The notes beneath the pieces are model-generated. The model saw only the letters and a program-made list of their open reading frames with translations. It searched no databases and was not told the origin of the DNA. From the NCBI GenBank assembly GCA_964057225.1, contig OZ059899.1, positions 8,742,001 through 8,806,000 on the forward strand: DNA of 64,000 nucleotides, written 5' to 3'. Of this stretch, positions 9,601 to 23,300 are shown piece after piece. The position numbers were made by a program, and so were the translations under genes. The stretch is from Auanema rhodensis (Eukaryota; Animalia; Nematoda). Positions within the stretch are counted from its first letter, which is position 1. Each line of letters begins with the position of its first letter.

Positions 9601-12600
9601 AGAAAATAAAAAAAACATCCATTTACTAAATGTTTCCTATATAAACATTATTTCTTATAAATGTTTGACGATAAAGAAGAAATTTAAGGGACATTATATT
9701 CCAACTATTTAAATCTTAAAACGATTAAAGAAAATAAGTTATTTCAGTATGGTCAGCGGAACGATTATGTAATAGTAATGTATGCATGAATGGAGGAACA
9801 TGTAAAATTGATGAATCAAATAGAAAATTTAACTGTTACTGTTTGCCATCATTTTCTGGAGCTCTTTGCGAAGATATTTGCAGCAAAAAATGTGCAAATG
9901 GTGTTTGTATTAAAGGTTTAAATGGAAAAGAAGAATGTAAATGTAATGACGGTATGTTTCTATATTCTGTCATTCAAAACTATAATATCAAAAAAACTTG
10001 TGCAGGCTGGTCAGGAGTTCTATGTGAAGTATCTGGTTCAACCATTGAAGGGTGTATACGATCAGAAGATTGTCCAGATAATAAAATGTTTGTTTAAAAT
10101 ATAAAATATTTCAATGAATTAATTTTAAACGTTTTAGGTGTGTTCAAAATGAACGAGGTCTACGAGTTTGTTTATCTGATCCATGTGAATCTAATCCATG
10201 CCGTAATAATGCCACATGTCATGCTGAAAATGTAAGTTATCAGAAACTATATAAGTACAGCATTATTCATTCATATTATATTTATAACTAATACTATTCA
10301 ATGTTGATCATATAATATTTGAATGGGTTCACATTTCGTTTCATTTTTTCTTTTTTTTTCCTACATCAAATCTCTTTATGAATCAGTGATCCGGCAAATA
10401 TATTTTTTGCATCTTTTACTGTGTCTTTGCCGTTCACGGAAGAACGATTTATATGAAAGATCATACTATGAATTAAGTTATAAAAAATTTTCTTTCAAAA
10501 ACTTGTAATGTTCCTGAAATTATCTTACCTTTTCTTTATATTTATAATCTAAATGAGATTCGTTTTTGAAAAACGATTATAAAATATTTCACGTAGATTT
10601 TACGTGTACATCTATTATTTTCATTTTTTCTACTTTCCACTTTGTGTTCGGTTGTTTTTTTTTAAATAAAATTAAATATAACACGTAGTTAATTATAATA
10701 TAATCAATATTCAGGATGATTATCGATGTGAATGCCCTCTTGGTTATGGTGGAAAACACTGTGATACTGATGTAAATGAATGCGAACTTTCTCCATGTCG
10801 TAATGGAGCAACATGTATTAACTTAGATGGATCATTTGAATGCTTATGTAATGAAGGATATAAAGGTATCTTGTATTGTATTGATGAATATCCTTATATT
10901 ATATTCTTGCTAGGAGTGCTCTGTGCTGATATTGATTCGCCATGTAATCCTGATCCATGTTTACAAGATGCTACATGTGTTAATATGGTTGATGATTTCT
11001 ATTGTCTATGTCCTAAAGGCTATTCGGGTAAAACATGTGAAAAGGTATCATTACTAAATATGTTCATATATTCACGGATATTCTTTAGGTACCAGGTATT
11101 GAAATGAGCGGGCCATGTGCTGATAATCCTTGTCAAAATGGAGGACGTTGCTCAGTTACAGGATCGGGATACGATTGTCTATGTCGTCCGGATTTTGCCG
11201 GTGTTAATTGTGAGATTAAGTCTGAATGCACTGTTGAAGGTTTGTAAGCATACAAATTCCTATCTAATGATTTTATTGTTAAAGGTCGACAGTGTATGAA
11301 CGGTGGAACTTGTGTTCGCGGTTTGGGTAAATCATTCTGTAAATGTCCATCTGATTATAAAGGAGTTTGGTGCGAAAGTGTTGAACTTGAAAGTATCTCA
11401 GATCCCTGTGTAGAAACACCTTGTCTGAATGGAGGTAGTCAAACTTTCTAAACCGCTTTTTAAGTTATATTATTAGGAACTTGTATAAATAATAATGGAA
11501 ACGTAAAGTGTGAATGCTTGTCTCAATACACTGGTCCATTATGTGGAGCTTCAGCTCTGGTTGATCCGTGTCAACCAAATCCATGCCAAAATCAAGGAGT
11601 TTGTGAATCTGTGGGAGATCCATCGGAAGGAGGCTTTTCGTGCACCTGTATTTTAGGATTTGAAGGAAATTTATGTGAAGTTGTTGTAAGAGCTTTCAGT
11701 GTATCTCTTAATATTTTAATTATATTGAAATAGGTTAACGAATGGAAATCAACAGTTTCGGAAGTTAAAGCTGAGATTATATCAACATCAACTACAACTG
11801 TTACTCCAACCACCACCATATTAACATCAACCGCACTGCTCTTTCCCATTCCTGTGACAATCCAACCTCATAAAGCTGTAATTATTTTTATTCTTCTATT
11901 AAAATTTCATTATTTATATTTCAGATATCAACATGTGAATTATGCAGAAATTCAGATAAATGCATCGATGGAGAAGATGGATCGATTTGCATATGTCGTC
12001 AAGGTTTTACAGGAACAACTTGTGAACATCGTGGAAATGTATGTTTCAATTTTAATCAAATCAATTGATGTTTTATAAAATGAATTTAGGTTTGCAATAA
12101 TAGCCAATGCGCTAAGCCTCAGATTTGCCGACAACGTGTTCGAATGACTGATATTGAAGCTCGATGTGCTTGTCCATTTGGTTTTGTAGGAGATAGCTGT
12201 GATGAAGACACAACTGTATCTTTCTCAGAGGATAGCTTGTTTGTATACCAAAGTCCAAGTGTGATGATTGGGTATGTAAACTGCAGTTCAATGAAAACAT
12301 GAGACATTCCTCAACTAAAAAATGAATTTTACAGATCATCTAGTGGACCTTTACCATATTCTATATCACTCAGCTTCCGCTCAACTGTGCCAAATCTTCA
12401 TATTGTATCAGCAGAAAGTATATTTGCTTCGGTACATATTTTAAAGTTTTTTTCTTGATTATACAAATATTATTATTTCAGAGACTTTTCTCATTATATC
12501 TTGAACAGGGAAAACTTACTTTAAATATTTCTGGAACTGTTTACAACAGACTTTTGCCAATTCCTATCAATGATGGTTCTTGGTACACTGTAGAGCTGAT

Positions 12601-15600
12601 AAAAACTCAAAAAGATTTTGAAGTTCGTGTAATAGAAGAAAATGGTTATGAGATTGTAAACCGATCTCTACCGCGCCATGCTTCATTTGAAGTATTTTCA
12701 ACAAGAATCGGAAAAATATCTGAAAATGAACATTTTGTCGGATGTTTGGCTAACTTAATGATTGATAATACACATATTAACATGGGTTTATCAAGTCGTA
12801 GTCGAAATTTGAAACCAGGTAAACAGTCAATCAAGCCTAAATGAAGCTTTCTCTTGATATTAAGGCTGTAGTAGAATATCGCAATGCGAGGAAAACAAAT
12901 GTCAGAATGAAGGAACATGCGTAGATTTGTGGACTAAGTCAATTTGTGATTGCAAAGTAATAGTTGCAAGTATGAAATATAAATATAAATAATATAATTT
13001 CAGCCTCCATTCTTGCCACCATCATGCGCCTTTAGCCTTCTTCCCACAACATTTGGGCATAATAATATGAGCTCAATTGTTGAAATAAGGTAAAATTATT
13101 TTTAAAAAAATAAGAAATAATCTTTTCTTCTTTCAGTGTTCCAAATGAAGTATCAGAAAATCTTAGAAATGCGAACAATATCCAATTTCTTCTGAAAACA
13201 AATAAGCCATCAGGATCAGTCTTATTTCTAGGAGAAGCTGAGGTGGATGATGTAGGAACATTTACTTCTGTTGAAATTATTAATGGAACTGTCTCTGGTA
13301 TGAAGACCAACTTAATGCTTACCTTTTTTGCTTTTTTAAGTACGATCTCGAGCTGGAGGAAAAACTGTTAATATATTAACTGGTGTAAGGCCTGTAGTTG
13401 ATAATCAGGAGCATTTAGTTCGTATAGAAAGAACTCAACGTCATGTCAAAGTAATATTATTGATCCTACGCAGCAAATATAAATTATCTTTCAGCTGTTT
13501 GTTGACGGTATTTTTGAATCGGAAGGTGATATTGCTGCTCGATTCGACCATCCAATGTTCGTGGAAAAACTTGTTCTTGGTAGCTCAGATAATTCCACTT
13601 CGAAAGCATTTTCATCTAGAAGTTATTTCAAAGGTATTCATACCATTTCGTTTTCATTATCAAAACTATATTCATACAGGATCCTTACAAGATATTCGTG
13701 TAAATGATATCTCGGCAGTCCTTGAAAATGAAAAAATTTCAAATGTTGATGGCATTGGGCTTATAACCAGACAGGAGAATGTTCAAGAAGTATGTTTTTG
13801 TGGAAATATTTGATTAAACAAAAAAAATAAAGTTAAATTACTTTATTCCTTTCAGGGATTGGTATCTGATGATATATGTGGAGCACTACATCCATGTGAA
13901 CATGGAACATGCTATAATACTTTTAATGATCATGAATGTGTCTGCCAAATTGGTTATTTTGGAAGAAATTGTGAACAGAAAGATTACTGTATAACATCTC
14001 CATGCCCATCAGGAGGAATTTGTCAGAATGTTATTGGAGGATTTATATGTAAGATTTTTTTTGTTTATTAATATTTGTATTTTTAAATACATTATTTAAG
14101 GTACATCACCTGCAACACTTGTGAAAAGCAGTATGATTATGTATAATTTGGATGTCCATGAAGCTGAAGATTTATCATTTATTGAGCTTTCGATTCGAAC
14201 ACATTCAGAGAGTGGTCGTATATTCACAATGGTTTGTAGAGTTTTATTATTATTTTTTAATTATATTTCAATTGTTATAGAATTCTGAAATTGGAAATAT
14301 TGTGATGAGCATTGTGAATAAACAGCTTGTTATAACAACGTCTTCTCCATTTACTATTAGAAAAACTATAGCTGATGGTACATGGAAGAATATTCGTTTG
14401 CAAGGAAATGTTCTGAAAATCAACAATGCTAGTTATGGTATGTTAGCTTTGTTAGCTTTTTTTTAAATCTCTTATTTGAGGCTTACCATCTTCTCTTACT
14501 TTGCCATCACCTCTGAATAAAGCTCATTTGACATTAGGAACGTTTGGAGCTTTTCAATCATTCACCGGTTGTATTAACAAAGTTCGATTTGGTAATTTAC
14601 CTTCATTGTCTTTCTATCGTGAAGAAGAATTACAAATACCAGAAAATCTTAGATATTGGAAAAATTCACAAAGAAAGCAGGTAATTCAAAACATATTGAA
14701 TATATGTTTAATTATTGACACAATCAACCATTCTCAGATATCAACGAAATGTATTTCTTCTGCGCAATGTGGGGATTTATCACCTTGCTTGAACGGAGCC
14801 GAGTGTAGAGATGAATGGAATTCATATAAATGTGTTTGTCCATTTGGTTTTGCCGGCTCACGATGTGAGATCAATATCAATGAATGTGAAAAGGCGGACT
14901 GTGTTTTCGGACACTGTATTGATGGGTTGGGGGATTACAGGTAATTAAGCTTTATACAACAATGCAATCCTTTGCTTATTTCATAGATGTCAATGTGATG
15001 AAGGATATACAGGATTGTTGTGTGATACTCCAATTGATATGTGTTTATCTAACCCATGCCAGAACGGTGCCCATTGTACAGCATCGAATGCTACATTTAG
15101 CTGTGATTGTCCGGAAAATTTTGTTGGCAAGTTATGCGATATTCCAAAATCAACATCCTGTGAAACTAATCCATGTCAAAATAATGGAACATGCACTATA
15201 CAAGAGGTTTTCCGTACCATTCAGTTAAAATAACATAATTTATTTCTCAGGAGACTTTGAAATGTTCGTGTTTACCTGGAACAAACGGTGCTTACTGTGA
15301 AGTAGTGGCTGATCCTTGTAATTCACGTCCGTGCCAAAATGGTGTTTGTCAAAGAACGCGTACTGGTTTTACCTGTATCTGCGAGGAAGGCTTTGCTGGG
15401 CCAGCTTGCACAGAGATTGCTGATTACTGTAGTGCGAATAGTTGTGGTCCACATGGAAAATGCATTGGTGTATGGAATACTACAATGTGTGATTGCGATG
15501 AGGTAAATTTCTAATTTTTGAAATTTTTTTTTCTTCAAAAGTATTTTTCAAAGAAAAGCACCTATTGTTTTTTTCTTCTTCAGGGATACAGAGGACCAAA

Positions 15601-17084
15601 GTGCTATCAACAACAAGAAGCATGTCTCAATATTCCATGTGAGAATGATGCAGAATGCATCAGTTCTGGTTCTTTATACCAATGTAAATGTCGTAATTAC
15701 TATCTAGGTAAGATTAAAAACTCGGACACGATTGATTGCTCATTTTGATATTTTAGGTGATCGTTGTGAAGTTGAAGGATCGTGCTTGAAATCTCCGTGT
15801 AATCATGGTGATTGTGTTCAGTTGAAATATGATGAACATGTATGTCGGTGTCATCTTGGATATGAGGGTCCTAATTGCGATATTCGCATTGATTATTGTA
15901 AAAACTCCCCTTGTCAAAATGGAGCAACATGTGAATCATTACTCGGACATTACACTTGCAATTGTATACCTGGTTTCAACGGTAAATATAACATTTTGAA
16001 AATTATAATTCATTTACTATATTATTATAATATTTTCATTATTTCATTATATGATTAACTATTTAATTATTATTAATTCTTAGGGACTAATTGTGAAAAT
16101 GATATTGATGAATGTTCATTCGGATATTGCAATAATGGCTCAAAATGTAAAGATCGTGTAGCTGATTATGATTGTATTTGTGATGGCACAGGCTATACAG
16201 GTTCTACTTTTTAAACTAATTCACGAATGAGTTCTCGTTATCATATTACTTTTTGGATTATGTTTATATCTAAACTTTTTTAATTTAAAATCAATTTTAG
16301 TATTTTTTTTAGCTTACAAATTATTATAGATAAGAAAAACTAGGAAATCATATATATATATATATATATAATTAAAGAACTCGATTGAATTTCATTTTTT
16401 GTTCAGGTAAAAACTGTACCGAAGATGTGGACGAATGTGCAATATCCAGTAGCTGTATTCACGGTGTCTGTACAAACCTGAAAGGCGGATATCGCTGTAC
16501 ATGTGAACAAGGTTTGAAATGCTATTTGTTGTCAAAATTATAGCAAGCTCGCATATAGGTTTTATTGGAAAACGATGTTCCCAACCTGATCCATGCGTGA
16601 AAAACGAAGATCAGCCGGTGAGACATAAATGTGTTCATGGCACTTGCATAAATCCAATAGTTCGAGTAAGTTTCAATTACCTTTCCTATTATTTCAGTAT
16701 TATACTTTAATACTATTTTGTTGTTTTCATAATGATATTAACAGGTTGATCACGGTCATGAAATGATTGAGCATGAATGTAAATGTTTCCGCGGATACGG
16801 TGGACCTGAATGCCTCATTAAAGTCGAAGAGCGTCGGATGATAAGCTTAAGTTATATCATTGGACCTATTTTGGCTATGTTAATCGTATTTGCTCTGATT
16901 GGATGCGTATTGTTTTGTGTTCTATGGAAGGGAAAACGGGCTCTTCATGGACATTACAGTCCGAGTCATCAAGAAATGAACGGGGCTCGTATGCAGGTGA
17001 AACTAATGCTTTTTAATTATAAATAGTTTTAATTTACAGATGAATAACATGATTAAATTGCCTCCAGAAGAACGACTCATTTAA
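5355..17084 (+). CDS. crb-1: Crumbs homologue (EGF repeats, laminin-G domains, TM, FERM- and PDZ-binding tail); multi-exon
   Basis: Exon 1 5355-5394 plus exon 2 from 9748 gives signal peptide MSRLLLLLALLNGVWS. Many EGF repeats and LamG-like exons (12455-14700). TM helix YIIGPILAMLIVFALIGCVLFCVLW, FERM-binding GHYSPSHQE, and C-terminus LPPEERLI* (stop 17082-17084). Confidence 0.96.
6637..6670. repeat. (TA)n microsatellite in crumbs intron 1
   Basis: Visible dinucleotide run. Confidence 0.9.
7911..8366 (+). ncRNA. Candidate structured intronic RNA (unassigned family) in crumbs intron 1
   Basis: Contiguous series of complementary segments with G-U pairs on the + strand (see findings). No recognisable tRNA, snRNA or RNase P/MRP motifs. 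Confidence 0.35.
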
Positions 17085-17318
17085 TTTAATTTAGAGAAAT
17101 ATTACAGAAAGTTTAAACAGTTAAACGATATTTGATAATTTCTATTCACTTTAATCACTTAATACATTGCTATTTATATATAAGCCATATGATTATGACC
17201 AAAGTTGACGTTCAATTTTCCATATCGTCTTTCTCCATTTCATTCGGTTCTCCACTACTTATTGTACGGGTACATATGAGAATATTATTTCATTGTTGCG
17301 TTGTGTAGAGTTCAATTT

Positions 17319-17324
17319 AATAAA
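17319..17324 (+). terminator. Candidate poly(A) signal for crumbs
   Basis: AATAAA ~235 nt after the stop codon. Confidence 0.5.
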
Positions 17325-17636
17325 TATTATATTTTATTATCACAAGTATCGCATTGCATTTTTTTTTAAATTTACATTCAATTCCTAGTGAACTTTTGAA
17401 TTTTTGAATCAAACAGGTAGAGTACATTACACGTTATACGATCGCAGATATAATGTATCAGTTAATAATCAAATATATAAAAATTTTGTTGTACAATATG
17501 ACGAGTATCAAAAGCCACGACTTGAGTGGAAATTATATTTTAAAATATCCCCGTAATGTTGAAATAGAGAAGAAAATATAATTAATATTATAATACATAA
17601 GTTTGTTTGGAAACCGAATTAAGTTTGTTACAAGCA

Positions 17637-18447
17637 TTAAGCCTCATCTTGATCGTGGTCATAATCTTTTACAAGACCCAAACGTATGAGGATATGTGCA
17701 AGATCTAACCGTCTTTTTTCTAAGTATCGTTGTCGTTCTAATTTTTCTTCCAGTACTCCACATAAAGCATCAAAAGCATGAATTGAAAACTGAATAATCT
17801 GAGCTCTATTCTAAAAAAAAAAGAAATTATACATTGGACGTAAATTCACATACCAAATGATACAATGAGTCTACTGCTTGTTCAGGTGTCAATAAGGGAT
17901 GAGTGAAAATTGGCGCAATTTTGGCAGGTAGCTCTAAGTTTTCACCATTATTTTGCCGAAATTCAGATTTAAAAAGAGTTTTCTCAATTGTCTTTTTCTG
18001 GAATAGAAATACTCAATAGAATTAGAAAAATACTGAAGCCAGATACCTTCATGCCAACAATATCCTTTGAAGAAATGACTGTTTTGTCCACGGTGGGCAC
18101 CTAAAAATAGCAAACATGTTAAACAGTTTACAAGAAAAAAGCTTTACCTGGAATTTAGCACGAGAATTTTCCGTATTGACACCTTTTTTTGATGACAAAT
18201 TTTTCGAAGTATGTTTACTGCTACTCGGGCTTCTACTTCCTCCTACCATTGAGTTAAATATTTGTAACAATTCTAGTCCATTTTTCTCCATTGTTGCATT
18301 CGACGTCGAAAAAGGAGGAACTGTGCTTTCACTAGTTGAAGCAATATCCTACAAAAAAAATCATAAAGTGAACTACGGCTCTAGAAATACCTCAGAGCTT
18401 TGCCTTGATCGTTTATTGGGTGGTTGTTCAACTGAACTGAGTTCCAT
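17637..18447 (-). CDS. Uncharacterised ~209-aa protein, 5 exons, possible NLS and helical C-terminal region
   Basis: Five in-frame exons with GT-AG introns: MELSSVEQPPNKRSRQSSE / DIASTSES...SRAKFQ / VPTVDK...VGMK / KKTIEK...SLYHL / NRAQII...DHDQDEA*. Confidence 0.75.
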
Positions 18448-19748
18448 ATTGCTTACAAATTACAGTTATATGTTAAACAGGTTGTGGCAACAAGGTTATT
18501 TAAAACTAATAAACTATCTTTCCGTTATAAAACTACACGATCATTCGGTTTCTATAAAAAGATTTGTAAATAGGTTGTCTTTATTTCCAATTAAAACGAC
18601 TTTTGTTTATATTATATTGAAAGATTTATGAATGATTAAAAGATACAAAGCAATCGAGCTATATATATATATATAGCTAAAAAGATCAATAAAGAATTTT
18701 CTCTACTGACTAATGATGTTCAAAAATGCAAAAAGAAAGCCAAAAATTCAGTTCAAATTAAAACAAAAATTATTGTTGTGACTAAAAACAGATCATAGGA
18801 CTCATATATGTTATTTTAACAATCAGAGGCTTGATAAACTGAAACATTTTGATCTTTAATCATAGTACTAGCCGGCAGAACAAAACAAAAACATATTTAT
18901 CCGAAAATATACGAATAAATTTAATAATATTTTCCTACTTATTCAAAAATTATTATTTATAATAAAGCTTAACATACATAAAACGTAAGAAAAGAGAGAA
19001 CATCCAGAAAAAAGGGTGAAGCTTAGTTAGATGCTTTAGATGCGAGTGTCATTTCAGCCCTACGGAGCGTGCTAGATCGAAGAGAAGAACGGCGAGAAGC
19101 GAGAGTAGAGTGTAAGGGGAGAGGGACCCAGTCCACCTAGAGTAGTCATGTGCGAATGAGACGCAGACACATATGCTGACAGACTAGGAAGGGTAGAGAA
19201 AGTGGGGGGAGGTTGGATACACACCTCGTCTCTTGTCTAGAAATGATCATTGAAAACAATTGTTTCTATGATTCATTAACTATAATCATATATGATAACT
19301 ATATGTATTCAAATATATCCCTAAAAGAATTGCAATGTGCTTTCATATTGTGCGCCTACAATTTGTGACTGTTAGATTGATCCAATTAGAAAGCTAATGT
19401 TTAATAGAATATATATGGATTCAAAAAGAAACCTTATTAATAAAATAAACAGAAAACAGAAAATCAAGATTTATATATATATATATATATCACCTTTCCT
19501 ACTAATAATCACAATGTCAGTGTTATTAACAGTGTTAAAAATGTCATCATTTAAATCTATAAGTAGTATAATATCATGAGCATGAAAAAAGAACTCTAAT
19601 GGAATATGTTTCGAAGAGCACCAATATAAATATAAATTATATATAAAGTATACACTTATATTTTATATATAATATGAAACGTGCAAAACACACTAGAGGG
19701 AATATACAGAAATTGATCACAGGTGGAAAAGGGGCTTGAAACAACAAA

Positions 19749-19779
<31 letters not shown>
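19749..19779. repeat. (AAT)n microsatellite
   Basis: Visible trinucleotide run downstream of the rgl-1 stop codon. Confidence 0.85.
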
Positions 19780-20325
19780 TTTAAAAGTACTATGCTTATT
19801 AAAGCTTACGTTCTGTGCAAGAAAAAAAGCCAAAAAAAAGATTTTGCTGAAAAACGGCAAGTCAGGGTCAGGTAGCAACTTGAAAAATAAAAAAAATATC
19901 ACAGCAATTTCTCAGCAAACTAATAGGCAGGTGTGGAAGTAAACTGGATAAAAACAAAACAAATTAAGAATAATAATAAAGACATGACCATAGAAAATGT
20001 GCCAAATTAGGCGGGAGAGATAATGATATAAAGGAGTTAATATGCTGTAGCACAGATGGTATAACCGTAAATAAAGTTGCATGAGATGAAACATATTTCG
20101 AGCTTCAAACGAAAGCACAAAAGAAGAGCGGCATCATGAAATAGTTTTTTTGGGAATTACGACTATAGGAAGCATATTGACTATATAAATTGAAAGAAAT
20201 GTATTAGAAGACTATAAAAAATAGGACGAATTCCTGCTTTGAGTGAGAAGGACCGATATGAAGAACCTGATATGATCTGTGGTTAGTTAGTCAACAGATG
20301 CTTCTAATAAGAGTTATGACAAAAT

Positions 20326-23300
20326 TTACAAATAACCACTGCTCCAACGTAATAGATTACTACGTTTCATTTTATTCAGTTTTTTAGCAGAAGGTCCCAT
20401 TCGAGGAGAAGATCCACCTTTGTCGTCATCAGTTTCTTTTTTTCTGAATTAACAGTAATTATAACTAAAGCTAAGGGTAACTAAAGATAATTTTTAATTA
20501 TCGTTTATTAAGCAACGATAATTTAAAATCTCAAAAACTAAAGATTTCAAGGTTACCTTAATATAAGATTCAGCATGTGAGACGACTCATCTGGGGCTAT
20601 TGCATAAAACGGATTGCATTTGTCGGGTAATTGAAATTCCCCTGTAATAAAATAAATATAAAAAAGTTATAGATGAATTTTGAAATACCTCCTTTTGGTA
20701 GAAGTTGTAATAAGCAATATTTACTATGATCGTCATCAATTAAGTGCTTCTCCAATGCACGTGCAATTAGATCATGCATTCTATCGCCATTTTCAACCTA
20801 CATTTAGATAATAATTTACAAAAACACAAAGATATTGAACTAATTACCTTGATTACTTTATAATTAGCGCCACTCTCGGAAGACTGGAGACCATCGTCAA
20901 GTCCTACACGAGCTAAATGGAATGTTGAAGATGTTGAAGGGTTCCCTGCTTGTGATTGGTGAGACGATGACGAACAAGATGAAGCCTAAATACAACAATA
21001 TCAATAAAATAAAACGGTCAACTATATTAAAACTCACATCACTGTCTTTCTGCTGGTGTCGTCTACGAGCGCAGTCGTAAGCTTCATTTAGCCTATGTAA
21101 AATAGGGGTAGCTGTCCTCGAAAGTGAATTACTAGCACTCTAAAAACAGTAAGCTCAAAACAATTGTTAATATGGAAACTTACGTGACCACCGATACTGC
21201 TTCTAGAAAGTGAAGTACGTATTTCTTGTGTAGAATCTCCACTATTACTCCTTTGATGTGGCAATGGAAACACGTTAGACGGGGAAAACTCACAGCTTTT
21301 CCAAGCTGGATTTCGACTGTTAGCATTGGTTCTTGGAAGGGATCCAGACAAAGGAACCTAAACATAATGTCATATAATATTTATAAAAACTTAAATATTA
21401 CTGGTCCAGGAGGTCCACCATCAACACGGCCATCAATCCAATCCTCACAATGAAATCCGCTGTCTCGTGATAATTGCCCCATTAGTGGGGGAGTTGCTAT
21501 ACAATGTGATTCATATATAAGAAAACATTATATTATCATACCAGCACCATTTGGAATAGAATGTGAACTACTTTGACTATGCGAGTGACTGTGAAAATTG
21601 GAGTGATTTGTTTGGTTGAAAATACTTTCATCAGGTTGTCTGCCAAATAGTCTGGATAATGTACTACTGAAAAACAAACTTATTATTATTTATTTATATT
21701 TATTAAATAATATTTAAAGTCTTAAACGGTTTTAGATCAACCTTTTGAGCACAGCAGATCCGTTACCATTACTTGTAGCACTTGTATTCATCCTCGAATG
21801 TATATCAGGTGTTGAAGAAGGAGGTGGTCTCTCGATTTCCTGAGATCGCAAAAAGCTATAAAATAAGTATATAGTATGAAAGAAAATAGAAAAATATACC
21901 ATTGTTTTTCATCTAAACATGGCAAGAAATGAAACCAGGCACAAAAGTCGGGATCCATTGGTATATTGTAAGCACGTGCTGCTGATTGGAAGAGCCTTAG
22001 CTTGGCCAGAACGTCAAACTCCTTTCTTCTCTTTTCAAAGTTTATAAGACCTTCTACAATGCATACAGTCTATATATCTAAGATGAGTTATACAAACCTT
22101 CAGTGTAATCAGGAGTCCCTTGATCAATCATGGTTAAATCAGTTAAAAATGAGCCCAAATAAGGTACAGTACCCTGGCATTCAGCTAGGTTTACATCACT
22201 TTTTGTCCTTCTACAGTTTTGAATCAACTGGGGGCGCCGTAATGGTGAGCTTTTAGCAGTTCCCTCCTATAGTAATAAAACATTTAAAAATCTAATATGC
22301 ATCTCATACTTGTTCTAATATCCTTCTAGCATTGTGTTCATCACCATCTTCATCCATATCATATATTGATTTAAGCTCATTGAATTGCGCCATTGACTGA
22401 CTGAAAATAAAACTTGGCTAAAACTAAAACTAAATCAATTTTTTGAATCTCAATCAGTTCACAGAAGGAAATAACTTATTTCCAGTGTTTTCTTAATCTA
22501 CTCACCTGGGAACAAGAGCCCATGTTTGTCTAAGCCGATGAACCGGCTCAGACTGCAAAGTTGAGAGCACAGCTTTTAGAGACGAAAAGTTCTTCAAAGC
22601 CCGTAACTCCTGAAACACAAACAACATTCGATGAGGATAAGAAGAAAGATTAAAAAATTAACACAAGACCGGAACAGTGCAACACAAAGCAAAAATAAAA
22701 AATGTTCATTAATGCAAATGTGTTTGGAATTTCACGTATAATTTCGTTTAGTTGATATTCTTACCCTAGATATATCTATCCATTTCGCAATGATTTTTGC
22801 TCTAAAATCTGGTGGACATTCTTGAAGGACAATGCTTGTCATGACACGCTGAGATACGGCATTGAACTGAAGTACTTCCCATAATAAATTTCAAATTGAT
22901 AAGGATGATACCTGGTCGATGGTAGCTTTAACCGTATAAACTCGATCAGCACTTAGTTTATGTCTTTTTGACCAAACGCAACCTTGGCATTGATGAATGA
23001 ATACTTCTTTGAATAGAGCCTGAATATACAGAATCAAAGTTGCAAGACAACCAGGAATTGTCGAAGAAACGAAAGAGAAACCAAAATTTTCTTACCGCAT
23101 CCCAGAATGTTAACTGCTCAGCAATTTGAACGCAATTCCCTTTGCCTACATCGAACATTTTAGCTCTAAAATGAATCAAATAATATTAATTAACATTTCG
23201 AGGCACTTACCTTTCTTTTGAATTTTTACTATATTCAGCAGGATCGTACCCGAGATCATAAGCTCTTTGTTCAACAGAAGGTAATTGAGCTAAAATTATA

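Noticed and set aside
18116-18631. 171-aa + strand ORF
   Set aside because: Antisense to the well-spliced orphan gene, with no recognisable protein features.
18448-20325. Operon linking rgl-1 with the orphan gene (likewise kinase with BTB gene)
   Set aside because: Stop-to-start gaps are ~1.7-1.9 kb and contain promoter-like islands; there is no SL2 evidence from sequence alone.
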